Below are positions 11,560 through 24,205 of a stretch of 64,000 nucleotides of DNA, in pieces. Source of the DNA: Octopus sinensis (Eukaryota); contig NC_042999.1 of NCBI RefSeq assembly GCF_006345805.1, positions 162,812,001 to 162,876,000 on the forward strand, given 5' to 3'. The position numbers were made by a program, and so were the translations under genes. Positions within the stretch are counted from its first letter, which is position 1. Each line of letters begins with the position of its first letter. The notes beneath the pieces were generated by a model. It ran no database searches. It had not been told where the DNA came from and was given only the letters and a program-made list of their open reading frames with translations.

Positions 11560-14037
11560 ATATATGATAACTGGAGGTTTCTATGGGACAATCTGCTGAG
11601 AGCCACTGACCAGATCTGTGGATGGAGCAAAGTCCCATCTCAACCCAAGGTAATGTGGTGGTGGAACAATGTGGTTGACAGGGCTGTTAGACAAAAGAAA
11701 CAGGCTTGGAGGGACTGGAAGAACGGAAGTAGCAGGGAATTGTATCAGACTGCCAGAAGGGAAGCTAGGAGACAGGTTTATTTAGTCAGAGGGGAAGCAG
11801 ATAAGAAAAAATTTGCCAACGTTCTGCGCCGTGAGGACCAAAGACTTAAAGTATTTCGTGTTGCAAGACAGTGCGTGAGAGAGAATCGTGATGTTGTAGG
11901 AGAGAAATGTGTCCGTATGGATGATGGTTCACTTGCACTAAATGAGGCTGCAAAGAGAGAGGTTTGGAGATGCCACTATACAATGTTGCTCAATAAAGAG
12001 AATGAAAGGGAGAAAGAGAGTCAACCCAACAGAGTTAAAGCAATCAAGAGTATGAAGGCAGGGAAAGCCCCAGGCCCATCAGGAATCACTGCAGAGATGC
12101 TCAAAATATCTGGCAGTGTTGGCTATAGCCTACTCACCCATATAGTTAACCAGGTGATATACGAAGGAGTCATACCCAATGACTGGTGTAGCAGCTACAA
12201 AAGTAAAGGTGACACCCTAGATACAAATAATTACAGAGGTATCAAGTTGTTGGATCAAGTAATGAATGTCACAGAGAAGGTCATAGCCCAACTGATTAGA
12301 GAGAGAGTCAACCTAGATGAGATGCAGTTTGGGATCGTGCCAGGGAAAAGTACCACTGATGCTATATTTCTGGTAAGACAGCTGCAGGAGAAATACCTAG
12401 CCAAAGATAAGCCCCTGTACCTGGCTTTCGTTGACATGGAGAAAGCCTTCGACAGGGTCCCCCGATCCCTTATCTGGTGGTCAATGAGGAAACTAGGGAT
12501 AGATGAATGGTTAGTAAGAGCTGTGCGAGCCATGTACAGGGACGCTGTTAGTAAGGTGAGGGTTGGCAACAAGTACAGTGAAGAATTCCGGGTAGAGGTA
12601 GGGGCCCACCAAGGTTCAGTCCTCATCCCCCTCCTATTTATCATAGTCCTCCAGGCAATAACGGAGGAATTCAAGACAGGATGCCCTTGGGAGCTCCTCT
12701 ATGCTGATGACCTTGCTCTAATTGCTGATAGTGATCAGAACTGGAGGAGAAGTTTCAGGTGTGGAAGCCAGGATTAGAATCGAAGGGCCTTAGAGTCAAC
12801 CTAGCTAAAACCAAAGTCCTAATAAGTAGGAAGGTAGACAAATCACAAATCCCTTCAGGTAGATGGCCCTGCTCGATCTGTATAAAAGGCGTGGGTAGTA
12901 ACTCTATAAGATGCACCAAGTGTAAGCTATGGACACATAAGAGGTACAGCAATATCAAAGGAAGGCTAACTAGGAAGATAGTCTTTGTATGTGGCAGATG
13001 CTCAGTAGCAATAAACACTGAAAATGTGCAGAGACCAACTTTTGGCACATTCCAGGGAGACAAACTAGAAGTAGTTGACAGCTTCCGTTACCTAGGTGAC
13101 CAAGTCAGTAGCGGGATAGGGTGTGCTGAAAGTGTAACTGCTAGAGTAAGAATAGCCTGGGCAAAGTTCAGAGAGCTCTTACCTCTGCTGGTGACTAAAG
13201 GCCTCTCGCTCAGAGTAAAAGGCAGACTGTATGACTCATGTGTACAAACAGCCATGCTACATGGCAGTGAAACATGGGCTGTGACTGCTGAGGATATGTG
13301 TAAGCTCGCAAGAAATGAAGCCAGTATGCTCTGATGGATGTGTAATGTCAGTGTTCATACTCGACAGAGTGTAAGTACCTTGAGAGAAAAGTTGGACCTA
13401 AGAAGCATCAGTTGTGGTGTGCAAGAGAGACATTTGCGCTGGTAAGGTCATGTGACGAAAATGGATGAAGATAGTTGTGTGAAAAAGTGCCACACCCTAG
13501 CGGTTGAGGGAACCTGTGGAAGAGGTAGACCCAGGAAAACCTGGGACGAGGTGGTGAAGCACAACCTTCGAACTTTAGGTCTCACCGAGGAAATGACTAG
13601 TGACTGAGACCTTTGAAAGTATGCTGTGTGTGAGAAGACCTGGCAGGACAAGTGAGACCATAACCCGTGGCCTCTACCTGGGTTGTAGTCAGTCCACTTA
13701 TGCATACCTTTCCTTCTTGGGACACAAAACTCTACTTGCGAAGACCTGTTGAGGCAAGTGAAATTGAAATCGATTAAAATCAATGGAAATTGTAGTTGTG
13801 ATACCAGTGCTGGTGGCACGTAAGAGAACCATCCGAACGTGGCCGTTGCCAGTACCGCCCCGACTGGCCTCCGTGCTGGTGGCATGTAAAAAGCACCATC
13901 CAATCATGGCCGTTTGCCAGCCTCGTCTGGCACCTGTGCCAGTGGCATGTAAAAAGCACCCACTACACTCACGGAGTGGCTGGTGTTAGGAAGGGCATCC
14001 AGCCATAGAAACATTGCCAGATCATGATGATGATGAT
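11560..14037 (+). mobile_element. RTE-clade LINE, 5'-truncated: RT domain, C-terminal region, 3' UTR and (GAT)n tail
   Basis: KAPGPSGI, FVDMEKAFDRVPR, HQGSVL, LLYADDLALIA; two long overlapping ORFs joined by a frameshift; tail gatgatgat at about 14,028. Confidence 0.92.
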
Positions 14038-14131
14038 ATAGTTGAAATTTATAGAAAAATAAAAGACGAAGACAGGTGTATGAACAAGAAGGTGTATTGG
14101 TTTGCCACTCGGGAAACTGAAAAATGAAAAA

Positions 14132-14169
14132 GTCTTTGACATTTTGAGCCTATGCTCTTCAACAGAAAA
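14132..14169 (-). ncRNA. Decayed hammerhead-like motif (family 2, CUGUUGA core)
   Basis: Minus strand: uuuu-CUGUUGA-AGAGC auag GCUC-AAAA-UGUC-aaag; GAAA is lost through CpG decay. Confidence 0.45.
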
Positions 14170-14288
14170 GAATAAGAGAAAATAAACAGAGAGAGAATAA
14201 AAAAACCTGTGGATTTAGCAGTCAAGCATGGCGACTGATTATAAGAAAAGTTTGAAAGGAGGGGCTGGAAGAAAGGGAAATATATACA

Positions 14289-14325
<37 letters not shown>

Positions 14326-14634
14326 ATACACATGCTCATACACACACACACATCATCATCATCATCATTGTCATCAGTTTAAAGTTCATTTATCTAAGCT
14401 TCTCGTGAGTCAAACAATTAATTGAGACAGATTTTCAATGACTGGATACACTTCTAGTCACCAATCTTCACCTTTTTTTCAAGCAAGGTAAAATTTCCTA
14501 GCATACAGAGCACAAATAGATTGAACATAGTTACACAATGAATTGGAAACAGACAACTCCATCTGAATGAAGCTAACAAATGTCAAAATATGTTAAGAAG
14601 CCCAGACATGCTTTTATAGTCGACTACAAGCAAA

Positions 14635-15125
14635 GTGCACTACATGCATAAGATCTGGTCATCAAATCTAAGTAGAGATTTCAAACTTGAAATCTTCAAA
14701 GCCACAGTCAAACCAATTCTACTATATGGCTCAGAAACCTGGACGTTATCAAAGAAGCTTGAGAGGCGGTTGGATGGAACCTACACTCGCCTCCTTATGA
14801 GAGCTCAAAATCTCTCGTGGAAGCGCCATCCAACCAAAATGCAAATATATGGGAAACTACCACCTGTGTCATCTCTTGTGACAGGTAAGAGAGTCCAGTT
14901 TGCTGGACATTGTCGTAGAGCTGGAAACGGGGCAATTTCTACTCTTCTCCTCTGGAAGCCATCTACTCGCAATACCAGAGGGCGCACACTCTCCTACCCT
15001 GATGTAATCTCCAGGGATACAGGCATCCAGCAACAGGACCTCCATAATGCCATGATGGACCGTGAAGTCTGGCGTAGCATGGTAAATTCCATTGTCTCGA
15101 CCACGGTCGAACAATTATGATGATG
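14635..15125 (+). mobile_element. RTE/RTEX-like LINE 3' fragment
   Basis: MHKIWSSNLSRDFKLEIFKATVKPILLYGSETW...STTVEQL followed by an (ATG)n tail. Confidence 0.85.
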
Positions 15126-15726
15126 AAGGATTTGTGAAACTGTTGCTTACAGTCAGCAAACACATGTGAAGATGAAGTGGACTATGAACTAATTACATAA
15201 ATACACACACATCTACATAACAACCAGCTTCTTCATTTTCTGTTTATCAATTTCCTCACAAGGTATTGATTAACGCAAGACTATGCAAAAATGCTTCTTC
15301 AAGGTTCTACTTTGTGGGATTCAATCTGAAACCAAATGATTGTGGAGCAAACCTCTTAACCACTCAGCTACAGCCATGCCATTAGATGTTGTATTATATT
15401 CTGAATTCAAATGCTACCGAAAGACATTCATCTTCTTTCCAATGTATGTCTACACCAATGTTGGAAATCTAGAACATTTTGTTTTATTTTGTTTTGTTTT
15501 TGTACTAAATCATTATTTTATTTGGTGGAATTATTATTTTGGCAGGATTCAATTCTGTCTCGGATCTTTCCAGAATCAATAAATTTAGATACCAGTCAAG
15601 TATTGCTAAGGAAACATCTGTTGCTAGACTCATCCATATAATCACATTTGATGTGTTGCTAGGGCCATTAGCTGTTCTTTTCCTGTGTAAGATACTTATT
15701 CTGTTGCTAGAAACAATATTTGTTAT

Positions 15727-16110
15727 GGGAAGCACTCCGTCGGTTACGACGTCGAGGGTTCCGGTTGATTCGAATCAACGGAAGAGCCTGCTCATGAAAT
15801 TAACGTGTAAGTGGCTGAGCACTCCACGGACACGTGCACCCTTAACGTAGTTCTCAGGGATATTCAGCGTGACACAGAGAGTGACAAGGCCGGCCCTTTG
15901 AAATACAGGTACAACAGAAACAGGAAGTAAGAGTGAGAGAAAGTTGTGGTGAAAGAGTACAGCAGGGATCACCACCATCCCCTGCCGGAGCCTCATGGAG
16001 CTTTTAGGTGTTTTCGCTCAATAAACACTCACAACGCCCGGTCTGGGAATCGAAACCGCGATCCTATGACCGCGAGTCCGCTGCCCTAACCACTGGGCCA
16101 TTCCGCCTCC
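15727..16110 (-). mobile_element. tRNA-derived SINE (family B), full length with 14-bp TSD
   Basis: A-box tggcccagtgg and B-box ggtttcgattcc on the minus strand; TSD acaatatttgttat at 15,713-15,726 and 16,111-16,124. Confidence 0.9.
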
Positions 16111-16481
16111 ACAATATTTGTTATATGACTAAGTAGACATGTGTTTCATATTACTGTCAGCTGTTACAGTTTCAGTGACATTTTTATTGCTGCTTGAGTA
16201 ATACAGTAATGTTGCTGTATAGAAGTTATAAACAGTGGGTATGAACAACATTTCTATTTATGGTAGATATCAGACTATTGCTAAGTAGGTTTTCTGTATT
16301 GTTAATATGGACATCATCATCATTTAATATTCAATTTTCCATGCTTGCATGAGGCAGATTTTCTACTGCTGGAGTCCTTCCTATCACCAACACTCGACAG
16401 TTTTCAGGCAAGATGATATTACCCAATAACCAGACACAGTTTTCATGGAAAACTGGGGATGAACATTGCTTATATAACTGA

Positions 16482-16784
16482 CTAGCAGTATCGCCCGGGT
16501 TGCTCGGGTTTGTAAGGGAAATAACTATATAAGCATTTTAGAGAGTTACTTCCCTTATATAAGCCGAGCAAAAAATGCATTAAAAAAACGAAAAAATGAT
16601 GGTAAATTTTTTTTTAAATCGTAGACTCATTGTAGATGCGCGCTAATACCCAGAAGTGCTCGATATGAATCACGACTATAAGATACCCGCTTTTGGTTAA
16701 ACTGCACCGCAAAATGTGGGAGTAGTTAGGAATCTAAATCGGAGGAGACAGACTCTCACATAACTTCAGTTTTATATATAAAGA
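16482..16784 (-). mobile_element. Non-autonomous Helitron
   Basis: TC...hairpin-CTAG termini at an A|T site; same family as 3,628-4,021. Confidence 0.85.
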
Positions 16785-17388
16785 TATGATGTGGCTCAGT
16801 TTCTTTCTAGGTGAGATGTGATGTGTCTATCATTGGTGTGTGTGAGAGAGTAAATGTATGTATATATGCATGCGTGTGTATATGCATGTATGCATGTGTT
16901 TTGTTATCTTTCTTTTATGAAGAATGGCTGGTTTCTAATTAAGAAACAAAGCTCAACTCCCAACAATAATAAAATTCACATGCTGAATTTTAGCAAGTTC
17001 TTATATATTTGCATGCATGTTCTTTGTATATAGAACGTCCTTTTTGCTACATAATCAAAGAATTCATCTTGTATTTATTTTGCCAAAAGAATAGTAAAAA
17101 TGTATATAAGTTTTTGATAAGTTTTAATGCAATAAATGAAAAATAAATCTATAAATGTAATTTATATAAAACATTATTCAGTGCATTGAAATAAGTATGC
17201 AAGTGACTAAAATATATCTTAAGATTCGTGCCTTTGAAAATTTTACTTTTAAAAAATTATTCATTGCTCATATGTTGTGAATTGCCATGTGCAATGCAAT
17301 GAATCACCCTAATGCATTTTTAGGGATATATACATCTTACTTTGAAAGCTTGTGTTTATTCAAGCAAACCAGCCAGCCTGCCAGCCAA

Positions 17389-17520
17389 TATACATACATA
17401 CATACATACATACATACATACATACATACATACATACATCCATACATGCATACATACATGCCCACATACATACATGCATGTATGTACGCATGCATTCATG
17501 CTTACATACATAAATACGTA
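17389..17520. repeat. (TACA)n microsatellite
   Basis: Direct observation. Confidence 0.9.
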
Positions 17521-17522
17521 CA

Positions 17523-17922
17523 TCTTTATATATAAAAGTGAAGTTGTGTGCTGTCTGTCTCCTACGATTTAGATTCCTAACTACTCCCACATTTTGCGGT
17601 GCAGTTTAACCAAAACCGGGTATCTTATAGTCGTGATTCATATCGAGCCCTTCTGGGTATTAGCACGCGTCTACAATGAGTCTACGATTAAAAAAAAAAT
17701 TTTTCCATCGTTTTTTCCCATTTTTAATGCATTTTTTGCTATTATATAAGGGAAGTAACTCTCTAAAAATTTATTATTAAATCTCAGAACGTAAAAAGCT
17801 ACAGTAACACCCCACCCTTTGTGGTTAGCCATATTGAGATGGCTATTATACTTTACATATCTAAAAATGCTTATATAGTTATTTCCCTTACAAACCTGAG
17901 CGACGCCGGGCGATACTGCTAG
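17523..17922 (+). mobile_element. Non-autonomous Helitron
   Basis: A|TCtttata...cctgagcgacgccgggcg atactg CTAG|T. Confidence 0.88.
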
Positions 17923-19444
17923 TACATTATAAACTGATATACAATTGATTCTTAACTTTAAAAAGTTATAAACAATTCAAAATGTAAAAAAAAAATACTT
18001 TTTAATATACTCTGGAGAATTATAATATCTGTATTATATTACTTATCTTTTTTTATCGCTTAGTTTCTTACACATGAAGTGTGTAACAAATGTAAAGTCA
18101 ATAGTTTGGAATAGAAAAAAATATTGTACTCTCAGAATCTCGTTCTTCACTTGGCATAAAATTGAATACAAAATATAGTTTTGCTCTCATAACAATCAAG
18201 AAAAAAATCAAGAAAAAAAGTATAAATGTAATAAAAAATTATATGAAATGCTAATATTTTAAAATCTTATAACAATTCCATATTTATGTAAGACAAAATA
18301 TAGAATATATGGAAAAAATATCAGTATCAAGTGTCAAACAACAAAAAAAAATCTATTCTGTTAGAGGCTTTGAAAAATGTCTCATGCTACAAGCATTACC
18401 CACCAAATTTCTTATTTCACCCCATAGGAGGTCATTCAATCTCATTCCCTAACCCCTATAAACAGATGAATGTTTCAGCAAATTGTATAACCTAGTTCAA
18501 CTTCTCTCACAGGTGAAGCTAGAGTTATGTTAAATCCCACTGGTCTCATGTGTAAGTTAGTTTGGACCAATTTCCTATTAAAGGATGCTCCTTGTCATAG
18601 CATGGCAAGTAATTGGTGTCATCATCTGACAACAGACACAATCTGACATAGTTTATTGTTGTAGACCCAGACATGTGTTCAAAAAGCAAAAACAATGACA
18701 ATTTTTTCTAAATGCATAATGGATTTTTGTTTTTTGTTTTTCTTTTTAAATACATATATGCATTCATGTCCATGTTTGCTCGCATGTTTATCTGTCTGTG
18801 ATGTATTAAAGTAGTATTGGTAATACTAATAATCTAACCCGGCAACTGGGTTGTGTTAATTATACTCAGTAAGGTAGAACCCTTTTAATTTTTCTTAGCT
18901 TTTATGGCAGCTATCAGTGGTTTGAGAAACAATGGCTGATATGGGAACAGACAATTATTGTTGTTTATGTGAACATTTTTACCCTATGTTAATTCTTTTA
19001 GAGTCCATATGAGCTGGCAGCACAGTCTGAGAGCTACTACTATGTGTGTGTAAAGTAAATACTGAGATATATATCAACATCATCTTCATCATCATTTAAC
19101 ATCCATTTTCCATTCTTGCATGGATTGGATGGTTTAACAGGAACTGGCAAACAAAAAGACTACACCAAGCTCTGCTGTCTGCTTTGGTATGGTTTCTACC
19201 ACTGGATACCCTTCCTAAAACTAACTACTTTATAGAGTATACTGGGTGCTTTTTACATGGTATCAACAGCAATGAGGCCACCAAGTAACTTGCAAGAAAC
19301 TAAAGTGAGGAGTAATATTGATTAACAGAAAATAGTGTCCTGCATTAGAAGGGAAACATGTCTACTTCAGGTGAAAAGGGAGAGGAGAGAAGGAAGATAA
19401 AGGAAGATGAAGAGGAGAGAACGGCGATGACGACGACGCACAAA

Positions 19445-19727
19445 TATATGTGGATTTGGTAGATGGAAACTGAAAGAAGCCCATCGTATATATGTGTATA
19501 TATATATGTGTGTGCATGTGTGTTTGTATGTCTGCGTTTGTCCCCCCAACATCGCTTGACAACCGATGTCGGTGTGTTTATGTCACCTGTCACTTAGCGG
19601 TTCGGCAAAAGAGACCGATAGAATAAGTACTGGGCTTACAAAGAATAAGTCCTGGGGTCGAGTTGCTCGATTAAAGGCGGTGCTTCAGCATGGCCACTGT
19701 CAAATGACTGAAACAAGTAAAAGAGTA
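19445..19727 (+). mobile_element. SINE family A, 5'-truncated
   Basis: ggaaactgaaagaagccc...gagaccgatagaataagtactggg...aaacaagtaaaagag. Confidence 0.8.
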
Positions 19728-19847
19728 AACCACAATCCGATGCTTTCCTATTATTTTACTTTGATGTCGTCCACATGCCTATTTCATCTGCTACATCAAT
19801 AACATCTTTTGCTGCACCATCCTGCTACAAATATTAAAAGTATTAAT

Positions 19848-20348
19848 CATCATCATCATTGTTCGACCGTGGTCGAGACAATGGAATTTACCATGCTACG
19901 CCAGACTTCAAGGTCCATCATAGCATTACGGAGGTCCTGTTGCTGGATGCCTGTATCCCTGGAGATTACATCAGGGTAGGAGAGTGTGCGCCCTCTGGTA
20001 TTGCGAGTAGATGGCTTCCAGAGGAGAAGAGTAGAAATTACCTCTTTTTCAGCTCTACAACAATGTCCAGCAAACTGGACTCTCCTACCTTTCACAAGAG
20101 ATGACACAGGTGATAGTTTCCCATATATTTGCATTTTGGTTGGATGGCGCTTCCACGAGAGATTTTGAGCTCTCATAAGGAGGCGAGTGTGGGTTCCATC
20201 CAACCGCCTCTCAAGATTCTTTGATAACGTCCAGGTTTCTGAGCCATATAGTAGAATTGGTTTGACTGTGGCTTTGAAGATTTCAAGTTTGAAGTCTCTA
20301 CTTAGATTTGATGACCAGATCTCATGCATGTCATGTCATGTCATGCAT
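19848..20348 (-). mobile_element. RTE/RTEX-like LINE 3' fragment with candidate 8-bp TSD
   Basis: Same ORF as 14,635 (MHEIWSS...STTVEQ); gtattaat at 19,840-19,847 and 20,349-20,356. Confidence 0.85.
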
Positions 20349-20543
20349 GTATTAATAATGGTGAACCATTACATCATTTTCATCATATGAGTGTCCAGTT
20401 GTTCAATTAACAGAACAAGTTTCTCATTAAATTAGTGACAAAAGTAGTTGATCCAAGATTCCAAACAGTGAAATCAAACCCAGGAACTCATGGCTGCAAA
20501 ACAAACTTCTCAGCTACACAACCATGCCTGCATCCAGAGTATT

Positions 20544-20927
20544 GTGGAAGCACTCCATCGGTTACGACGATGAGGGTTCCGGTTGATCCGATCAACGGAA
20601 CAGCCTGCTCGTGAAATTAACGTGTAAGTGGCTGAGCACTCCACGGACACGTGTACCCTTAACGTAGTTCTCGGGGATATTCAGCATGACACAGAGAGTG
20701 ACAAGGCCGGCCCTTTGAAATACAGGTACAACAGAAACAGGAAGTAAGAGTGAGAGAAAGTTGTGGTGAAAGAGTACAGCAGGGATCACCACCATCCCCT
20801 GCCAGAGCCTAATGGAGCTATAGGTGTTTTCGCTCAATAAACACTCATAATGCCCGGTCTGGGAATCGAAACCGCGATCCTACGACCGCGAGTCCGCTGC
20901 CCTAACCACTGGGCCATTGCGCCTCCA
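20544..20927 (-). mobile_element. tRNA-derived SINE (family B), full length with 13-bp TSD
   Basis: TSD catccagagtatt at 20,531-20,543 and 20,928-20,940. Confidence 0.9.
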
Positions 20928-21338
20928 CATCCAGAGTATTAATAGTGCAATAACAGTATTCATGATCTGGTATATGCAACTGAAGCAGTATTTAATTAAA
21001 ATAGACATCTGTATAGTATAATTAATGTATACACATTGTCAATAGGCTAATTACTGCAGTATCAGTATCAGAGAAAGATGAAAATTCGTCCTATTAGTGA
21101 CCAGTGAGAGTACCAGATGCATTTTGGCCTTTTATGAGCCTTTTCATAAGTGTGTACTTGTAACCAGCCATATGTTCAGACAAGAATTCATCATCACTGA
21201 TTTAGGAAAAACCGAATAAAACATTCAATGATGTTGCGAATAACTGCCAGGCTGATTTTAAATCAGTATACCTCTCTCTCCCTCTCCTTCTCCCCCCCCT
21301 CTCTCTCTATACACACACACACACACACATATATATAT

Positions 21339-21546
21339 CTCTTTTACTTGTTTCAGTCATTTGACTGCGGCCATGCTGGAGCACCACCTTTAGTCGAGCA
21401 AATCGACCCCAGGACTTATTCTTTGTAAGCCTAGTACTTATTCTATCGGTCTCTTTTTGCCGAACCTCTAAGTGACGGGGACGTAAACACACCAGCATCG
21501 GTTGTCAAGCAATGCTAGGGGGACAAACACAGACACACAAACATAT

Positions 21547-21577
<31 letters not shown>

Positions 21578-21740
21578 CAACGGGCTTCTTTCAGTTTCCG
21601 TCTACCAAATCTACTCACAAGGCATTGGTCGGCCCGGGGCTATAGCAGAAGACACTTGCCCAAGATGCCTCGCAGTGGGACTGAACCCGGAACCATGTGG
21701 TTGGTTAGCAAGCTACTTACCACACAGCCACTCCCGCGCC
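21339..21740 (-). mobile_element. tRNA-derived SINE (family A), full length
   Basis: Reverse complement of the copies at 27.5 kb and 38.7 kb, with the internal (TA)/(CA) tract. Confidence 0.88.
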
Positions 21741-22032
21741 TTGGAATCGAATACAGCTGTGTTACAAAATTTTAATCTTTATCCATGTAATTAAAAGCAT
21801 TGGATTGAGATTAGTTTTATTAATGAACTTTTATCTTTCTTTAAAAATAAAAAATAATAATAAACCTGGTATTCAAAACAAAATCTGAAGACTTGTTTTG
21901 AGAAAGGGGTTATGTGGCTAAATTTGTAGTTTGTGTCAAAGAAATAATAATTATTATTGTCAATGATGAAAGTGAAATGGTAGTATTGGACGTTGGTACG
22001 TGGTTCCTTTTTTTTTTTTTTTTTTTTTTTAC

Positions 22033-22312
22033 CTTCTCTAGGAGTAATAAAATATGTTCAGTGAATATAAATTGATAGCACAAATCTAAATTAGTTTTGT
22101 GTTGGTACAGCTGTGGATTCCTAATGAACACTGTCTCTACATGTGTTGTCAGAAACTTGCAATAAAAACATGGTCTTGCTACTATGCTGAATAAAGCATT
22201 AGCTAGCTCAATTTTCACGTTACTGGGTTGTTTAAAGATTTCTCCTTTTCTGTTCAGATGTTTAGTCAGTATCTCTGATACAGCTGACCACAGCCAGTGA
22301 GCTGAGCAGCAT
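22033..22312 (-). CDS. Candidate coding exon of an unidentified gene (about 93 stop-free codons in non-repetitive-looking sequence)
   Basis: CCSAHWLWSAVSEILTKHLNRKGEIF...LCYQFIFTEHILLLLEK; possible acceptor tatcacag|A and donor AAG|gtaaaa. No family recognised. Confidence 0.3.
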
Positions 22313-23621
22313 CTGTGATACTTTATAATATATCATTGTAATAATCTTTTTTATACAGACACATTATGAAAAAATTTCTGTGCATGTTATGTTGGATTTT
22401 TTCTTTTTTGGATTCAAACAGGCACAAAAACATTAACATCACACATTCATATTTCATTACATTTTCATATATTTATTGTTTTTTTTTTTTTTGATAACAA
22501 TGTATTATTTTTTATATATATTTTTATTTTATCATTTTTTCCCCCTTTTGATTAAAGAGGGATTAGATGCCCCCTTATATACTAATGGCTATCCTTGTGT
22601 CAACCAGTGTTTTGTTGAACAGGAAACATCAAGAATTCTATTGCATTAATACTCTTATTTTCTCTGCTATAAATAATATTTTCAGATAGGTTTAGAGGAT
22701 AATTTTGAGAACAATAACTGAGAAGATTACTTGTTTTTGTTTATTTGTTATTACGGATTTTTTTTTTTTTTTTTTTTTTTTTTACTGAAAAATTTATACT
22801 TTAGATCAGTAGAATCTCATTAAAAAAATTGTAGAATCTCAATTAATTCCTATTACACAAAAAAAAAACTTACAAAAATATAAATCTGATGTTTTCTGAA
22901 GCAAAAAATTTGTTTTATTACTTCCAGGATTGCTGGAAGTAATTTAACTATATTAATCACAATTGAAATATAAGAAAAATAAACCTAAAATAACATTAAA
23001 ATAATAATACCTATAATAGCAGCAGCTTTAGTAAGTCTTCAATACATTTTTTTCTTTAACTAACAATCAGCAACTAATTTTAAAAGTTTTTAAAGTAGAC
23101 CATTTGTTTTTGCTAAGGGAAAAGTGTTACAGGAGAATGTTTAACATAATAAATACTAATACAAAAGGACCTATGTATGTAATATAAGGGGTTGGAAGAT
23201 TTTGTTCAACTGAGATTGTAGATATCCCTGCCCTTCTTTAAATTTATACAAGCAATGGAAATATCTTTAGTGTGGTCGGCTGACAGCAAGTTTTGGACAA
23301 TATAAATAATGGAGATTAGAGAGGATTTGGTCTCTTGTGAACACAATTAGCTATGTTTTTATTTGTAAGCCACAAATATTTATTTGCCTCATTCAAATTA
23401 TTACATATCGTATTCTATTAGAAGAAAAGAAAAGTACATAAATATAGTCGGCAACTTAGTGTTTGGTTATATTATAAATAGAATATTCAAAAAATTAGTT
23501 ACTTGAATTCAAATATCCAAATTTTTTTCTCTTGGTTTTAGTTGCAGCTATACTACATGTTGATATCTATTAGGTGATGGTTGGATGCATAACAGTCCAT
23601 CCTATGTAATGTTTATTGAGT

Positions 23622-23835
23622 ACTCTCTTTTACTTGGTTCAGTCATTTGACTGCGGCCATGCTGGAGCACCGCCTTTAGTCGAGCAAATCGACCCTGGGG
23701 CTTATTCTTTGTAAGCCCAGTACTTATTCTATCGGTCTCCTTTGCCGAACCGCTAAGTGACGGGAACGTAAACGCACCAGCATCAGTTGTCAAGCAATGC
23801 TAGGACAAACACACACACACACATACATATATATA
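23622..23835 (-). mobile_element. SINE family A, 3' half
   Basis: ctcttttacttg...cagtcatttgactgcggccatgctggagcaccgcc. Confidence 0.8.
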
Positions 23836-23844
23836 TATGAATGG

Positions 23845-24205
23845 AAATTGCAGCTGAGTTACCAGTGCCAGCGACACTCTGACTGGCCTCGTGCTGGTGG
23901 CACGTAAAAAGCACCATCCGTTCGTGGCCGTTGCCAGCCTCGCCTGGCCCCCGTGCTGGTGGCACATAAAAAGCACCATCCGATCGTGGCCATTTGCCAG
24001 ACTTGTCTGGCACCTGTGCCGGTGGCACGTAAAAAGCACCCACTACACTCATGGAGTGGTTGGCGTTAGGAAGGGCATCCAGCCGTAGAAACATTGCCAG
24101 ATCAAACTGGGCCTGGTGCAGCCTTCTGGCTTCCCAGACCCCAGTTGAATCGTCCAACCCATGCTAGCATGGAAAGCGGACGCTAAACGATGATGATGAT
24201 GATAT
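23845..24205 (+). mobile_element. RTE LINE 3' UTR with internal repeats and (GAT)n tail
   Basis: gtgctggtggcacgtaaaaagcaccatcc repeats; matches 13,780-14,030. Confidence 0.85.

Noticed and set aside
18400-18710. Short candidate exons on either strand (also near 21.1, 23.2 and 27.1 kb)
   Set aside because: Splice-like signals exist, but the frames close quickly and phases could not be chained into a consistent gene model. They may be old transposon decay.
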